Shown here piece after piece: positions 23,546 to 33,928 of a DNA stretch of 64,000 nucleotides; the stretch's first letter is position 1; each line of letters starts with the position of its first letter. The stretch spans positions 14,451-78,450 of the forward strand of contig JAXMNT010000036.1 in assembly GCA_034670305.1 (NCBI GenBank), written 5' to 3'. Made by a program: the position numbers and the translations under genes. The notes under the pieces were generated by a model, which was given only the letters and a program-made list of their open reading frames with translations, was not told the origin of the DNA and did no database searches. Source of the stretch: Deltaproteobacteria bacterium (lineage in GTDB: Bacteria > Myxococcota_A > Polyangia > Polyangiales > Houyiibacteriaceae).

Positions 23546-23638
23546 GCGCTGAGGTTCCGAGGCGATCCCTCGGAACCCATCTCAGCGCCGCATGTTCTCA
23601 GCGCCGCATGATCTCAGCGCCGTATGATCTCAGCGCCG
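23546..23638. repeat. 16-bp tandem repeat x4 overlapping a stop codon, plus a long hairpin (putative terminator)
   Basis: TCTCAGCGCCG at 23580, 23596, 23612 and 23628; hairpin GCGCTGA-GGTTCCGAGG-CGATC-CCTCGGAACC-CAT-CTCAGCGC at 23546-23588. Confidence 0.9.
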
Positions 23639-25894
23639 CCGGCGGCGCAGGGCCCACGCGAGGCCCAGCACCCAGAGCACGCCGGAGCCGGTGTTCCCAC
23701 CCGCCGCCGCGCAGCCCCCGCCCTCGTCGGGTGCGGTGCCGGCGTCGACGCCCGCGTCCACGGAAGCGCAGGAGCAGTCGCCCGTCCCGTCGTCGCAGGC
23801 TTCGCCCTCGTCGACGACGCCGTCGCCGCAGAAGGCCGGCATGCAGTTGGACCGGCACGCATTCGCCGCCTCGTCGGAGTTGGTCTCCCCGTCGTCGCAG
23901 GTCTCGCCATCGTCGAGCACTCCGTCGCCGCAGTGCGCTTCGAGGCAGTTGGTCCGGCAGGCGTTCGGCTCGGTGTCCGACCGGTCTGGCACGTCGCACT
24001 CTTCGTTCGACTGGACCAGGCCATCGCCGCAAGTGTTCTCACACGTGCTCAGCCCCGCGTCGTCTTCCCAGCACGACCAAGGCACCTCGACCTCGCACGC
24101 CGCGCTGCACCCATCTCCGTCGTCCATGTTTCCGTCGTCGCACGCTTCGCCGGCGGTGCGGTGTCCGTCGCCGCACGCCCGGATGCAGTTGCCCTCGCCG
24201 TCGTCCACGAAGCCCGGGCTGCACGCGCAGCTGGCGCCGCCCGGTTCGTTCACGCAGGTCTGGCCGGGATCACAGCGGACGGCACCGGTCGCGCATTCGT
24301 CGACGTCGGAACAGCTGACTCCGGAGCCTTCGTAGCCCTCTGTGCACGCGCAGGTGTACGCACCGTCGGTGTTCGTACAGCGGCCGGCCGGTGCGGGCGC
24401 GCAGTCGTCGATGCCCTCGGCGCACTCGTCGATCTCCGAGCACGTGCGGCCATCGCCGGCGTACCCGGTGCTGCAGATGCACTCGAAGCTGCCTTCGCTG
24501 TTGATGCACTCGCCCTCGGGTTCGACCGCGCAGCGCGCGATCTCGGGCGTGTCGCACTCGTTGATGTCGACGCAGGTCGAGCCATCGCTCACCCAGCCAC
24601 TCGGACACACGCAGCGGTACCCAGGCGGCGCCGTCTCTTCGCAGGTGCCGACGCCGCAGGGACGCCCGGAACACTCGTCGATGTCTCGGCAGGTTCCGCC
24701 CGTGAAGGTGTAGCCCGCATCGCAGTCGCAGTTGTAGCTGCCCGGCAGGTTGTCGCAGGTGCCGCCGTCGCCACACGGGCGCGAGGTGCACTCGTTGTCG
24801 TCCAGGCAGGTGGTGCCGTTGGAGGTGTAGCCGCTCGGACAGGAACAGGTGTAACCACCCGCGTTGTTGCGGCAGCTTCCGACGCCGCAGACGCCGACCA
24901 TGGTCGCGCACTCGTTGATGTCGACACAGCGGTCGCCGGTTCCGCGCGACGGCGAGCCGACGCCGCTCCAACCGGTCCGGCAGGTGCAGTTCCAGTCGCT
25001 TGCGCCAACGGCCGCACAGTCCGCGTTGGAGTCGCAGTCGTGGGTCCCTGCCAAACAAGCGTTCTCGGTCACACAGGTCGTGCCATCGAACCCGAAGCCG
25101 GGCGGACACGCGCAGGTGTACCGGGTGGGCGGCGAGAAGTTGGTGCAGTTGCCGACCCCGCAGATGCCGGGCATCGAAGTGCACTCGTTGAGGTCCACGC
25201 AGGTGGTGCCATTGAACGTCCAGCCGGTGAAGCAGCTGCAGGTGTAACCCGGGGGCGCCGTCTCGGAGCAGTTGCCCCGGCCCGAGGTGCAGGGGTTGCC
25301 CGAACATTCATTGATGTCGGTGCAGCCCGCGACCGTGCTGGTGATCTCGAACCGTTTGGTGCCCGCGCCGCCGGTCCAGACATGGCTGGAAGACCGCCGG
25401 TGACCGCTGCCGGAGTAGCCCGCGTTGCAGGAGCATTCCCAGCGGCCGTTGCCGTTGTAGACGTCGCTGCACGAGCCACCGGTCGTAGCGCAGTCCCGGT
25501 AGTTGGCGTTGCTGCAGAGGTTGAAGTTGGAGGGTTCGCTGCTCGAGTTGCCGGGCTCGCCGCGGTAGGGGTTCGCGTACGACTCGCCCTGGCTCCAGTC
25601 GAAGAAGGGATCGCCGAGCTCTTGGCCGTTGGTCCATCCGTCGCCGTCGCTGTCGAGCTCCGCCAGGTTCTCCGTCCAGACGAAGCCGGCGTTCTGGAAC
25701 GCGTTGCCGAACGCGTTGCGCGCGTCGCCGCCCGCTGCGCTCATGTGGCAGATGATGCAGCGGCCCGTGGTGCCGCTGATGTACCCGTTCGGCACCCGCT
25801 CGGGATAGAACGCGGACGCATCGGTCTCGAGTCCCGGCACGACACCGACCCCCGCGACCACAACCAACAGACCCAACGCTCGCAACCGTCCCAA
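23630..25894 (-). CDS. Surface protein: temptin-like domain with CxxCH, ~10 EGF/EGF-Ca repeats, myxococcal Cys-rich repeats, MYXO-CTERM
   Basis: RVPNG...CIICH...RNAFG...WT...LDSDGDGWTNGQELGDP; DINEC-type repeats; CGDG...EACDDG repeats; GGGCAA...LWVLGLAWALRRRRR. Confidence 0.9.
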   Translation of the reverse strand: MGRLRALGLLVVVAGVGVVPGLETDASAFYPERVPNGYISGTTGRCIICHMSAAGGDARNAFGNAFQNAGFVWTENLAELDSDGDGWTNGQELGDPFFDWSQGESYANPYRGEPGNSSSEPSNFNLCSNANYRDCATTGGSCSDVYNGNGRWECSCNAGYSGSGHRRSSSHVWTGGAGTKRFEITSTVAGCTDINECSGNPCTSGRGNCSETAPPGYTCSCFTGWTFNGTTCVDLNECTSMPGICGVGNCTNFSPPTRYTCACPPGFGFDGTTCVTENACLAGTHDCDSNADCAAVGASDWNCTCRTGWSGVGSPSRGTGDRCVDINECATMVGVCGVGSCRNNAGGYTCSCPSGYTSNGTTCLDDNECTSRPCGDGGTCDNLPGSYNCDCDAGYTFTGGTCRDIDECSGRPCGVGTCEETAPPGYRCVCPSGWVSDGSTCVDINECDTPEIARCAVEPEGECINSEGSFECICSTGYAGDGRTCSEIDECAEGIDDCAPAPAGRCTNTDGAYTCACTEGYEGSGVSCSDVDECATGAVRCDPGQTCVNEPGGASCACSPGFVDDGEGNCIRACGDGHRTAGEACDDGNMDDGDGCSAACEVEVPWSCWEDDAGLSTCENTCGDGLVQSNEECDVPDRSDTEPNACRTNCLEAHCGDGVLDDGETCDDGETNSDEAANACRSNCMPAFCGDGVVDEGEACDDGTGDCSCASVDAGVDAGTAPDEGGGCAAAGGNTGSGVLWVLGLAWALRRRRR

Positions 25895-25988
25895 GATCCA
25901 CGCTCCTCACAAGAAAGCCCACCCGCTCTCAATCCGCGCAGCGTAGCCCGGAACGAGAACGACCGCAGCCTTTGGCGATGGGTGGCGC

Positions 25989-27173
25989 TCAGGGGGTTTC
26001 GGCGTCGAGCTCGGCGTCCAGCGCCAGCAAATCGTCCTGGCCAGCCCGGACGAGCCACTCGATGAGGGACTGGGCCACGAGGGCCCGCCACACCAGCGTC
26101 AACGCGAGCGCGAGCATGAGCAGCGTCAGTGGGGTGGTGGGCGCGATGCCGCTGGCCAGAAGAAACAGCAGCCCAAGGCTCGCTTGGCGGCGCAGCGGCG
26201 ACTTCGCGGCCAAGCCCGACAGTCCCACCCCGAGGACCAGCGCGTGCAGGGTCAGGTAGAGCGCGGGCGCGACCTTCAAGAGCAACTGTCCATGCAAGAG
26301 CCCATACGCGAGGCTCGAGAACGCTTCGTTCTCCATCGCGTGGTCGAGCCAGCTGCCGCCGACCGCCGCGAAGACCATCAACGCAACGACCCCCGCCCCC
26401 AGCGAGAGCTGCTGCCACAGGGCGCGTTCGCGTGGCCAACCGACGACCCCGAGGCTCACGAGCGCCACCCCCCACAGGAGTTCGCCGCCGTGGTGGAGCG
26501 CCGTGCCGAGTGGGTGCGCGTGTTGCCAAAGCGTCAGCGCGCCGATCAACAGGAAGATCGTGGCGGCGAACGCGAGGAACGAACCGAGCGCGGCCCCGAC
26601 CATCGCGGACCGCATCTCGAATGTTGCGCCTTTGCGGCCGGCCGAGGTGGACAGGAGGATCGCGAGCAGGTTCACCGCCCCGAGGGCGAACAAGACGACG
26701 AGCGGGGTCGTGCGCTCGGCGGGCAACACCGCGGCGAGCAGCACCGTCGGCAAGAAGATGCCGGCGAAACCGGCCAGCCCGAGGCGCTGGTGCAGGGGCG
26801 CCTCGTGGCGGGGTTGGATCATCTCCGTGATCGCGAGCCCCAACGTCAACACGCCGAGCAAGGCACAGGTGTTGCGGAGCAGGTCGCCGGCTTGCCCGGC
26901 GGTCGCGATCGCGTCGTGGCTCAGACCGCTGAGTTCTCGGTCCGCGACCACGCGCACCAGCAGCCGGTTCCAGAGTTGGTCGGCGATGGCGAGCAGGGCC
27001 ACCACGACCGCTCCGAAAGGCGCCAGCCGGGTCGGCACCGAGGCCTCTGCCGCCGCCGAACCATCGTCCGCCTTCGACCCAGCGACCGCACGCTCTGCAG
27101 GTGGCGGATCGTCGGGCGCGTCGACATCGCTTGTCACAGACTCCGACACAGAGTGGACGACGCTAGCAGCCAA
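25989..27173 (-). CDS. Hypothetical multi-pass membrane protein
   Basis: About 10 hydrophobic segments; start uncertain. Confidence 0.7.
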   Translation of the reverse strand: MAASVVHSVSESVTSDVDAPDDPPPAERAVAGSKADDGSAAAEASVPTRLAPFGAVVVALLAIADQLWNRLLVRVVADRELSGLSHDAIATAGQAGDLLRNTCALLGVLTLGLAITEMIQPRHEAPLHQRLGLAGFAGIFLPTVLLAAVLPAERTTPLVVLFALGAVNLLAILLSTSAGRKGATFEMRSAMVGAALGSFLAFAATIFLLIGALTLWQHAHPLGTALHHGGELLWGVALVSLGVVGWPRERALWQQLSLGAGVVALMVFAAVGGSWLDHAMENEAFSSLAYGLLHGQLLLKVAPALYLTLHALVLGVGLSGLAAKSPLRRQASLGLLFLLASGIAPTTPLTLLMLALALTLVWRALVAQSLIEWLVRAGQDDLLALDAELDAETP

Positions 27174-27225
27174 GCCCCCGCAACGGGGAGCACAATCGGG
27201 CTTGGCTCGCTTCGCGCAGCGGCCG

Positions 27226-27858
27226 TCAGTGCCAGGCGGTGAGCTGCGCTTCGACTGCGTCGAGGCGGGCGGTGGGCTCCGCGGCTGGCTCGGTGCCTTC
27301 GGCGCGGGGATGGCAGAAGTAGCAGCTGAACCCCTCGCCGGTCTCGGCGTCGTATTCTTCGGCGCCGATCATCTGACGCATGGCCGGGACCACGTGGTTG
27401 AACATGAACCGCACCATCCGCGGATGGGCCTGCACCATCGCCCGCTGCTCGTCTGAGCCGCTGGGGTGGAGCGCCAGGATGTCCGGGTTCGGCATCTCGA
27501 AGTTCCGCTCGGTCATCGTGGCGCCGTGGCAGTCCTGACAGCGGAAGCTCGCGTAGCGCTCCCCGTCGTACTCCTGAAAGAGCGTGCGCATGTACGGCAG
27601 GACTTCCGCGCCCATGTACTGGCCCTTCTGTTGGGCGGTCATGGTCTCCCAGGCCGCGGGCGGGTTGGGGATCTCCTCGGCGGTGCGCGGACGCATGCCG
27701 ATCCCGTCGAGTTCGACCTCGGGTTCGACCGCCACGGTCTCGACTTCGTCGCCGGTGCCCGTCGTCTCGACCGGCTCGGTGGTCGTGGACTCGGAGCCTC
27801 CACAGGCCAAGAGTCCAGAGACCGCCAGAATCGCTGTCCGTCGCATCGTCGTTCGCAT
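27226..27858 (-). CDS. Di-heme c-type cytochrome lipoprotein
   Basis: GLLAC lipobox; CQDCH and CYFCH motifs; several Met candidates for distal ligands. Confidence 0.82.
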   Translation of the reverse strand: MRTTMRRTAILAVSGLLACGGSESTTTEPVETTGTGDEVETVAVEPEVELDGIGMRPRTAEEIPNPPAAWETMTAQQKGQYMGAEVLPYMRTLFQEYDGERYASFRCQDCHGATMTERNFEMPNPDILALHPSGSDEQRAMVQAHPRMVRFMFNHVVPAMRQMIGAEEYDAETGEGFSCYFCHPRAEGTEPAAEPTARLDAVEAQLTAWH

Positions 27859-27910
27859 CGTCTTCTCCTGTTCTCGCCGGCTGCTACGCGCGCACCCGGC
27901 CCCCGTTACG

Positions 27911-28957
27911 TTACTCGGCCGGTGCCGCCATCGACGGCAGGGGCTCGCTGACTGCCTGGTCGCGGCCGGCCTCGGCGTCCGCAGGAACCAATGCTTGCAG
28001 ACCGGCGGCCCGCAGGAGCGCAAGGTCCGCTTCCACGTCGGGGTTGCCGGTCGTCAGCAGTTTGTCGCCGTAGAACACGCTGTTCGCGCCGCCCATGAAG
28101 CAGAGCAGTTGCGCCTCGTCGCTCAGCCGAGAACGACCCGCGCTCAGACGGACCATCGCCTTGGGCATCATGATCCGCGCGGTCGCGCACATGCGCACCA
28201 GCTCCATCGGATCGACCGGAGGCCGGTCCTCGAGGGGGGTGCCCTGCACCGCGACGAGCGCATTGATCGGCACGCTCTCGGGCTGCGGCGTCAGGTTGGC
28301 GAGCGTCACGAGCATCGCCATGCGGTCGCCTTCCGATTCGCCCATGCCGATGATGCCGCCCGCGCAGACGTGGATCCCCGCCCCCGCCACGCGCTTGATC
28401 GTGTCCAAGCGCTCTTCGTAGGTGCGGGTCGAGATGATCTCGCCGTAGAACTCTTTGCTCGTGTCGAGGTTGTGGTTGTAGGCGGTCAGTCCGGCCGCTT
28501 GAAGCTGCGCGGCCTGGTCGTCGGTCAACATGCCGAGCGTCACGCAGGCTTCCATGCCGAGCCCGCGCACGCCGCGCACCATCTCGAGCACCTGTTCGAA
28601 CGGCGCGCCTTCGCGTGCGTCGCGCCATGCCGCGCCCATGCAGAAACGGCTCGCCCCCGCCGCCCGGGCCGCCCGCGCTTTCGAGAGCACTTCGGACACT
28701 GGCAAGAGCCGCTCCGGCTCGACGCTGGTCGAGTGTCGGCCGCTCTGCGGGCAGTACGCGCAATCTTCGGGGCACGCGCCCGTCTTCACGGACAGCAGGG
28801 TGCAGAGCTGGATCGCCCCTTCCGGGTGGTGGGTGCGGTGCACGGTCTGCGCCCGGAACAGCAACTCCAGGAGCGGCAGCTCGTGAAGCGCACGGGCTTC
28901 GCGAACGGTCCAGTCGTGGCGGACCGATCCGAGATCCGAGGCGGAGGGCGTCGTCAT
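27911..28957 (-). CDS. bioB: Biotin synthase
   Basis: [15 protein letters not shown] radical SAM motif; [34 protein letters not shown]. Confidence 0.98.
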   Translation of the reverse strand: MTTPSASDLGSVRHDWTVREARALHELPLLELLFRAQTVHRTHHPEGAIQLCTLLSVKTGACPEDCAYCPQSGRHSTSVEPERLLPVSEVLSKARAARAAGASRFCMGAAWRDAREGAPFEQVLEMVRGVRGLGMEACVTLGMLTDDQAAQLQAAGLTAYNHNLDTSKEFYGEIISTRTYEERLDTIKRVAGAGIHVCAGGIIGMGESEGDRMAMLVTLANLTPQPESVPINALVAVQGTPLEDRPPVDPMELVRMCATARIMMPKAMVRLSAGRSRLSDEAQLLCFMGGANSVFYGDKLLTTGNPDVEADLALLRAAGLQALVPADAEAGRDQAVSEPLPSMAAPAE

Positions 28958-29028
28958 GGGGTGGCTCTACGCAGAATCGCGATCCAGCGCAAGGGTCGGC
29001 CGTGTCCGGTCGCGCCCTGGCGCGGTGG

Positions 29029-29775
29029 TCACCCCGTGGCGCGGGTGCGTGCGAGCTCGAGGAGCGGCGTGGGCGCGGTGGCTTCGGTCGGTGCGAGCGA
29101 AACGCCTGCGCTCACGCTGGGCTGCGCGAGATCGCCCAGGACCCGGTCGAGTGCCGTCTGGGCACCGACGGCCTCCGTGTCCGGCAGGATGGCGACCACC
29201 TCGTCCTCCGTGGAGACGAAGACCGTGTCCATCACCCGGAGCAGGCCTCGCAACTGCGGCCCCAGTACGGCCGATGGCCCGCCGCGCAGGACCACCACCG
29301 CAAGCGATTGGCCAAACCGGCAGGCTCGGGTCACTTCGTACTCGAGACTCAGGAGCATCTGCGCCCGGTCGCCGAGCCCACCCGGCGCGACCGACTCGCG
29401 CGCCCGCCGACGGGCGTCGCGTGCGGACGAAAGCGTCTCGCGGATGCGGGTGTGGATCTCCGCGACCCGATACGGCTTGCAGACCATCCCATCTGCCGGC
29501 GAAACCGTTTCGCCGGTGTCCCCCACCGCAAGCAACACGGGGATGACCTTCAACTCCGCGTCGTTCTTCAAAACCTCCGCCACCTCTTGGCCGCTCATCT
29601 CGGGCAGCCCGGCATCGAGCAGGACCAACATGGTGGGGTGGCGGGCCAGCAGTTCGAGCGCCTGGCGCCCATCCAGCGCGGTCAGCACCTCGTACCCAGC
29701 CGTCGTGCAGGCTTCCTCGAGGAGGTTCAACGAAAACGGATCGGCGTCCGCGACGAGCACGTACGGACCCGACAT
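29029..29775 (-). CDS. Response regulator with degenerate GGDEF-like C-terminal domain
   Basis: REC (VLVADAD, LVLLD, KPY); LEYEVTRACRFGQSLAVV...LRVMD...TEDEVVAILPDT; no GGDEF motif. Confidence 0.8.
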   Translation of the reverse strand: MSGPYVLVADADPFSLNLLEEACTTAGYEVLTALDGRQALELLARHPTMLVLLDAGLPEMSGQEVAEVLKNDAELKVIPVLLAVGDTGETVSPADGMVCKPYRVAEIHTRIRETLSSARDARRRARESVAPGGLGDRAQMLLSLEYEVTRACRFGQSLAVVVLRGGPSAVLGPQLRGLLRVMDTVFVSTEDEVVAILPDTEAVGAQTALDRVLGDLAQPSVSAGVSLAPTEATAPTPLLELARTRATG

Positions 29776-30920
29776 TACTTTCGCCCGGCGTCCTCGAGTC
29801 CGTAGGACTGAACTTTGCGGATCAGGTTCCGACGGCTGATGCCGAGCTTCTCGGCGGCGCGCGTCTTGTTGCCCTTCGCCGCTTTCAGTCCGTCGGCGAT
29901 CATCTTGCGCTCCAGAGCTTCCACCGCTTCGGGCAGGGTCTGACCGTCCGTGACGACGAGCTCCGCAGGGGTCTGAGCCACCGTCCGCGAACCACCGCGG
30001 GCGATCGCCGGCGTGAGGTGTTCGTCGCCGATGAGCTGTTCGTCGCCTGAGAGCACCCAGAGCCGTTCGATCTCGTTTTCGAGCTCGCGGACGTTGCCGG
30101 GCCAGTGGTGTTCGAGCAGACGGTCGAGCGCGGCCCGGGACAGGGCCTTGCTCCGGCCATCTCGTTTGGCCAGCCGCCCGAGGAAGTACTCGGCGAGCAG
30201 CGGAATGTCGTCGCGGCGTTCGCGCAGAGGCGGCACGCGGATCTGCACGACGTGAAGCCGGTAGTAGAGGTCCTCGCGGAACGAACCAGCCCGGACCATG
30301 TCCTGCAGCTCGCGGTTGGTCGCCGCGATGATGCGCACATCGACCTTCTTCGGTTCGGTGGCGCCCACGGGCATGAACACGCCCTCCTGCAGGACCCGCA
30401 GGAGCTTCACCTGGAGCGCCGGGGACATGTCGCCGACCTCATCGAGGAAGAAGGTGCCGTTGTCCGCGACCGAGAACAGGCCCGGCTTGTCGTTCACCGC
30501 GCCGGTGAAAGAGCCACGCCGGTGACCGAAGAGTTCGCTCTCCAGCAGGTTGTCGTTGAACGCGCTGCAGTTGGTCGCCACGAACCGCTGCGACGAGCGA
30601 CGCGACATCTCGTGAATGCCCTTCGCAACGAGTTCCTTGCCGGTCCCGTTCTCCCCGAGCACCAGCACGGTCGCGTTCGACCCGCGGATGCGGTCGAGCG
30701 TCTTGAACATCTCGCGCATCGGCGCGCTGCCACCGACGATGCCGGTCTCCCGAGCGATGGCTTCGGGGGCCTTCGGCTCGATGGGTTTGGACGCAACTGC
30801 ACCAGCGGCGGCACCGAGCGCAAGGTCTGCGAGTTTCTCAGCGCCGGTTCGGCCGCTGATCTCCACCTTGAGCCAGGTTCCATCGCTGAGGGTCGTCTCG
30901 GCGTGACCGGAATCCGTCAT
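29775..30920 (-). CDS. Sigma-54-dependent activator (AAA+ and Fis HTH) with a very short N-terminus
   Basis: GENGTGKE, ESELFGH..GSFTGA, FFLDEVG, FREDLYYRL, WPGNVREL, GNKTRAAEKLGISR; start uncertain. Confidence 0.93.
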   Translation of the reverse strand: MTDSGHAETTLSDGTWLKVEISGRTGAEKLADLALGAAAGAVASKPIEPKAPEAIARETGIVGGSAPMREMFKTLDRIRGSNATVLVLGENGTGKELVAKGIHEMSRRSSQRFVATNCSAFNDNLLESELFGHRRGSFTGAVNDKPGLFSVADNGTFFLDEVGDMSPALQVKLLRVLQEGVFMPVGATEPKKVDVRIIAATNRELQDMVRAGSFREDLYYRLHVVQIRVPPLRERRDDIPLLAEYFLGRLAKRDGRSKALSRAALDRLLEHHWPGNVRELENEIERLWVLSGDEQLIGDEHLTPAIARGGSRTVAQTPAELVVTDGQTLPEAVEALERKMIADGLKAAKGNKTRAAEKLGISRRNLIRKVQSYGLEDAGRK

Positions 30921-30998
30921 CGACGGGGCGCACGCTAGCAGTCGGACGGGGGCGCTACAATCAACATGTTCGGCTGTGGCAGCGTGGACCACGACCCA

Positions 30999-32309
30999 AT
31001 GCTACAGCCGAGCGTGGAACGAAGCACGAGTGCTCGATGGGTCGCGACCGAGACCCTGCACCGGGTCGCAGTGGGTGGCGCGTGGGCGGCACCGACCCTG
31101 GACGCGGCGCTCCAAACCGCGGGGCTGAGTGACCGCGACGCTCGGCTGGCTGTGGCGATCGTGTACGGCGCGCTCCGGGTGCTGCCCACCCTCGACGCGG
31201 CGCTCGATGCGCACCTGCGCACGCCCGACAACATCGACGCCTTCACCCGGGCCGCCCTGCGGGTGGGGTGTTTCCAGCTGCTCTACCTGCCGCGCGTCCC
31301 CGTCAGTGCCGCGGTCAACGAGAGTGTGGCGATCGTGAAGCGCAAACGGGGCAAGCTGGCCGGGCTGACCAACGCGGTGCTCCGCAAGATCCGCCGGTCC
31401 GAAGAGGCCGCACCCCCCACCACCCTCGACGTGCCGAGCTGGGTCCGCGAACGGCTCGAAGCGTCGCTCGACGCGGGGCGGGTGCAGGAGTTCCTTGGCG
31501 AACGACCGCTGCCACCGCCCCTGCACGTGCAGGTGCACGGCGACCTGCAGGCGTGGTTGGAGACCGCCATCGAGGCGATGCCGCGGGCCGAGTTCGCGGC
31601 CCTCCCCCTCCCCGGGGCGGTGGCGATCACCCGCGCGGGCGACCCGCGGCAGTTGCCTGGCTACGGAGACGGCGCGTTCTCGGTGCAGGACCTCGGTTCG
31701 CAGATCATCGGCGCGGCGGTGGGTGCAGAGGAAGGGGAACGGATCCTCGATGCATGCGCGGGCCGGGGCGGAAAGACGACCACGCTGCGCCGGGCGGTCG
31801 GGGCCGCGGGCCAGATCGTCGCGGCGGACCTCCACGAGCCGCGTCTGGACCAGATCGCGACCGAGCTCACCCGGCTGAAACTGCCCCCCGTCGAGACCGC
31901 CGCGATCGACTGGTCGGTCGGCGATGGCGGGCTCGAAGGCGACTTCGATCGCGCCCTCATCGACGCCCCGTGCACCGGGCTCGGCACCATCCACCGCCGC
32001 CCGGAAATCTTGCTCCGATTGGCGCCCGAGGCGGCAGCCACGCTCGCGGCACTCCAGCAGAAGATCGTCTCCCGCGTCGCCGGCCTCGTGCGTCCGGGCG
32101 GCACCCTCGTGTACGCGGTGTGCAGCCCCGACCGAGCGGAAGGCGAAGTGGCCCTCGGCGCCGAGTGGTCCGAAGATCCTCTGCCCGGATCCGACGCCGA
32201 CGGCGTGCGGCGCATCGGACCGTGGTCGGGCGGCGCGGACTACGAAGGGAACGACGCACCGAGCGAGAGCGACGCGTACCAAGTGCGCCGGTGGCGCCGC
32301 GCGGTCTGA
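30999..32309 (+). CDS. rsmB: 16S rRNA m5C967 methyltransferase (NusB-like + RsmB/NOP2 domains)
   Basis: AAVNESV...NAVLRK; VQDLGSQ; LDACAGRGGKT; DAPCTGLG; VYAVCS; start uncertain (30966 or 30999). Confidence 0.9.
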   Translation: MLQPSVERSTSARWVATETLHRVAVGGAWAAPTLDAALQTAGLSDRDARLAVAIVYGALRVLPTLDAALDAHLRTPDNIDAFTRAALRVGCFQLLYLPRVPVSAAVNESVAIVKRKRGKLAGLTNAVLRKIRRSEEAAPPTTLDVPSWVRERLEASLDAGRVQEFLGERPLPPPLHVQVHGDLQAWLETAIEAMPRAEFAALPLPGAVAITRAGDPRQLPGYGDGAFSVQDLGSQIIGAAVGAEEGERILDACAGRGGKTTTLRRAVGAAGQIVAADLHEPRLDQIATELTRLKLPPVETAAIDWSVGDGGLEGDFDRALIDAPCTGLGTIHRRPEILLRLAPEAAATLAALQQKIVSRVAGLVRPGGTLVYAVCSPDRAEGEVALGAEWSEDPLPGSDADGVRRIGPWSGGADYEGNDAPSESDAYQVRRWRRAV

Positions 32310-32316
32310 CCGTCCC

Positions 32317-32925
32317 TCAGAAGCCGATCACGCCCTCGCACGATCGACGCAACCGCTCGTCCATCGCGCGCATGTAGTAGGCCGCCGCAAACGCCGAGAG
32401 CATGGAGACGCCCGTCGCGAGCATCCAGCCGCTTCGAAACATCTCAGCGGACATCATGTCGGCCGGGAGCCGCCCGACCACACCGCCGGTGAACCGGCCG
32501 ACCACCCACAAGACCCACCACACGACGATGGGCCAGCTCGTCGAACCACCCCCGGTCCAGCGCCACATCGCGGAAGCCCGCTGGTACGGCAACCAGTAGT
32601 TCCCAATCGGCACGAACCAGCACCACACCGCGCTGGCACTCGACATCGTCAACCCCGACTGGGGAGCCATCTCCATCGCCGTTTTGAACGCCCGATGAAA
32701 CCAGACGATGAACACGATGCCGGTGATCAACATCAAGAGCATCTCCACGCCGGTCGCGAGCGCGTCCGCCTCCAATCCGTAGGACAAGAGCATCGTCTGG
32801 TCCGGCAGGAGCGCGGCGGCGAAGAGCACCGCGTGGAACACGCCGTTGAGCGCGAGCAGCCCGATGCCCCACATCGCGAGGCCCCCGCCCGGGTAGGCAG
32901 GACGGTCCGAGACCGTGGGATCCAC
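32317..32925 (-). CDS. DUF4328-like membrane protein
   Basis: FIVWFHRA...AVWCWFVPIGNYWLPY...WW pattern; GTG start just after the upstream stop. Confidence 0.75.
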   Translation of the reverse strand: MDPTVSDRPAYPGGGLAMWGIGLLALNGVFHAVLFAAALLPDQTMLLSYGLEADALATGVEMLLMLITGIVFIVWFHRAFKTAMEMAPQSGLTMSSASAVWCWFVPIGNYWLPYQRASAMWRWTGGGSTSWPIVVWWVLWVVGRFTGGVVGRLPADMMSAEMFRSGWMLATGVSMLSAFAAAYYMRAMDERLRRSCEGVIGF

Positions 32926-32927
32926 CG

Positions 32928-33536
32928 CTAGTAGTCGCCGAAGAGTTCGCGGATGGGCACGTCGAGTGCGACCGCGATCTTGTAGAGAGAGCTGATGGAC
33001 GCGCTGCTCTCGGCGCGCTCGATCTGTGACAGAAGCGAGACGCTGAGGCCGGTGCGGCGCGCCATCTGTTTCAGCGTCAGGCCACGATCTTTGCGGAGGC
33101 CTCGAATCGTCTCTCCGATAACGCGGTGCAGGCTCTCTTCCGGTGTCCGGAGCAGGCCCTTCTTGCGCATCACCCGGTCGATGACCGCGCGAAACTCGTC
33201 CGGGTTGAACGGTTTGCGCAGGTAGTCGACCGCATCGAGTTTCATCGAGCGCACCGCGGTGTCGAGGCTCGGGTATCCAGTAAAGATCACGACCGCCACG
33301 TCGCTGTCGACCTTGCGGATCTTCTCGAGGACTTCCACCCCGCCCATCTCGGGCATCATCAGATCGAGCACGACCATGTGGAAGCCCCCGACCTTGACGG
33401 CCTCGGGTGCTTCCACGGGGTCGGAGAGCGTCTCTACCTGGAAACCATCCTTCGCCAGGAAGGTCTCCATGAACTCGCAAATGGCCTGATCGTCGTCAAC
33501 GACGAGCACCTTCAAGGGAGTGGGTGCTTTGGCCAT
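32928..33536 (-). CDS. Response regulator with XRE-type HTH (DigR-like architecture)
   Basis: VLVVDDD, VVLDLMMP, FTG, LRKPF; IRGLRKDRGLTLKQMARRTGLSVSLLSQIER. Confidence 0.92.
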   Translation of the reverse strand: MAKAPTPLKVLVVDDDQAICEFMETFLAKDGFQVETLSDPVEAPEAVKVGGFHMVVLDLMMPEMGGVEVLEKIRKVDSDVAVVIFTGYPSLDTAVRSMKLDAVDYLRKPFNPDEFRAVIDRVMRKKGLLRTPEESLHRVIGETIRGLRKDRGLTLKQMARRTGLSVSLLSQIERAESSASISSLYKIAVALDVPIRELFGDY

Positions 33537-33562
33537 AGGGAGCGCTCCTTGCTCTTTCGTAC

Positions 33563-33640
<78 letters not shown>

Positions 33641-33716
33641 ATGTTCTGTCCCCGAAGGGAGGCGGAAGCTAGCCCTGGTGTGCGGCATGGTCAAGCGCGG
33701 AAGCGCCCCACAGAGG

Positions 33717-33892
33717 TCGGCATCGGCGGGATCGGCATCGGCATCGGCCCGAGGGTCGGGTTCGGGTTCGGCTTCGGCATCGGCATCGGCTTCGGCTTCG
33801 GCTTCGGCATCGGCTTCGGCATCGGCATCACCAAGGGCAAGGGCAGGGGCAAGGGCAAGGGCAAGGGCACGGGCACGGGCACGGGCACGGGG
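33717..33892. repeat. Bipartite hexamer array (GGCWTC)n-TCACCAA-(GGGCAA/GGGCAC)n
   Basis: Seen directly; G block at 33835-33892. Confidence 0.95.
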
Positions 33893-33928
33893 AGACTCGC
33901 GATGGGGCCCCTGCTATGGTCCGGCCCC

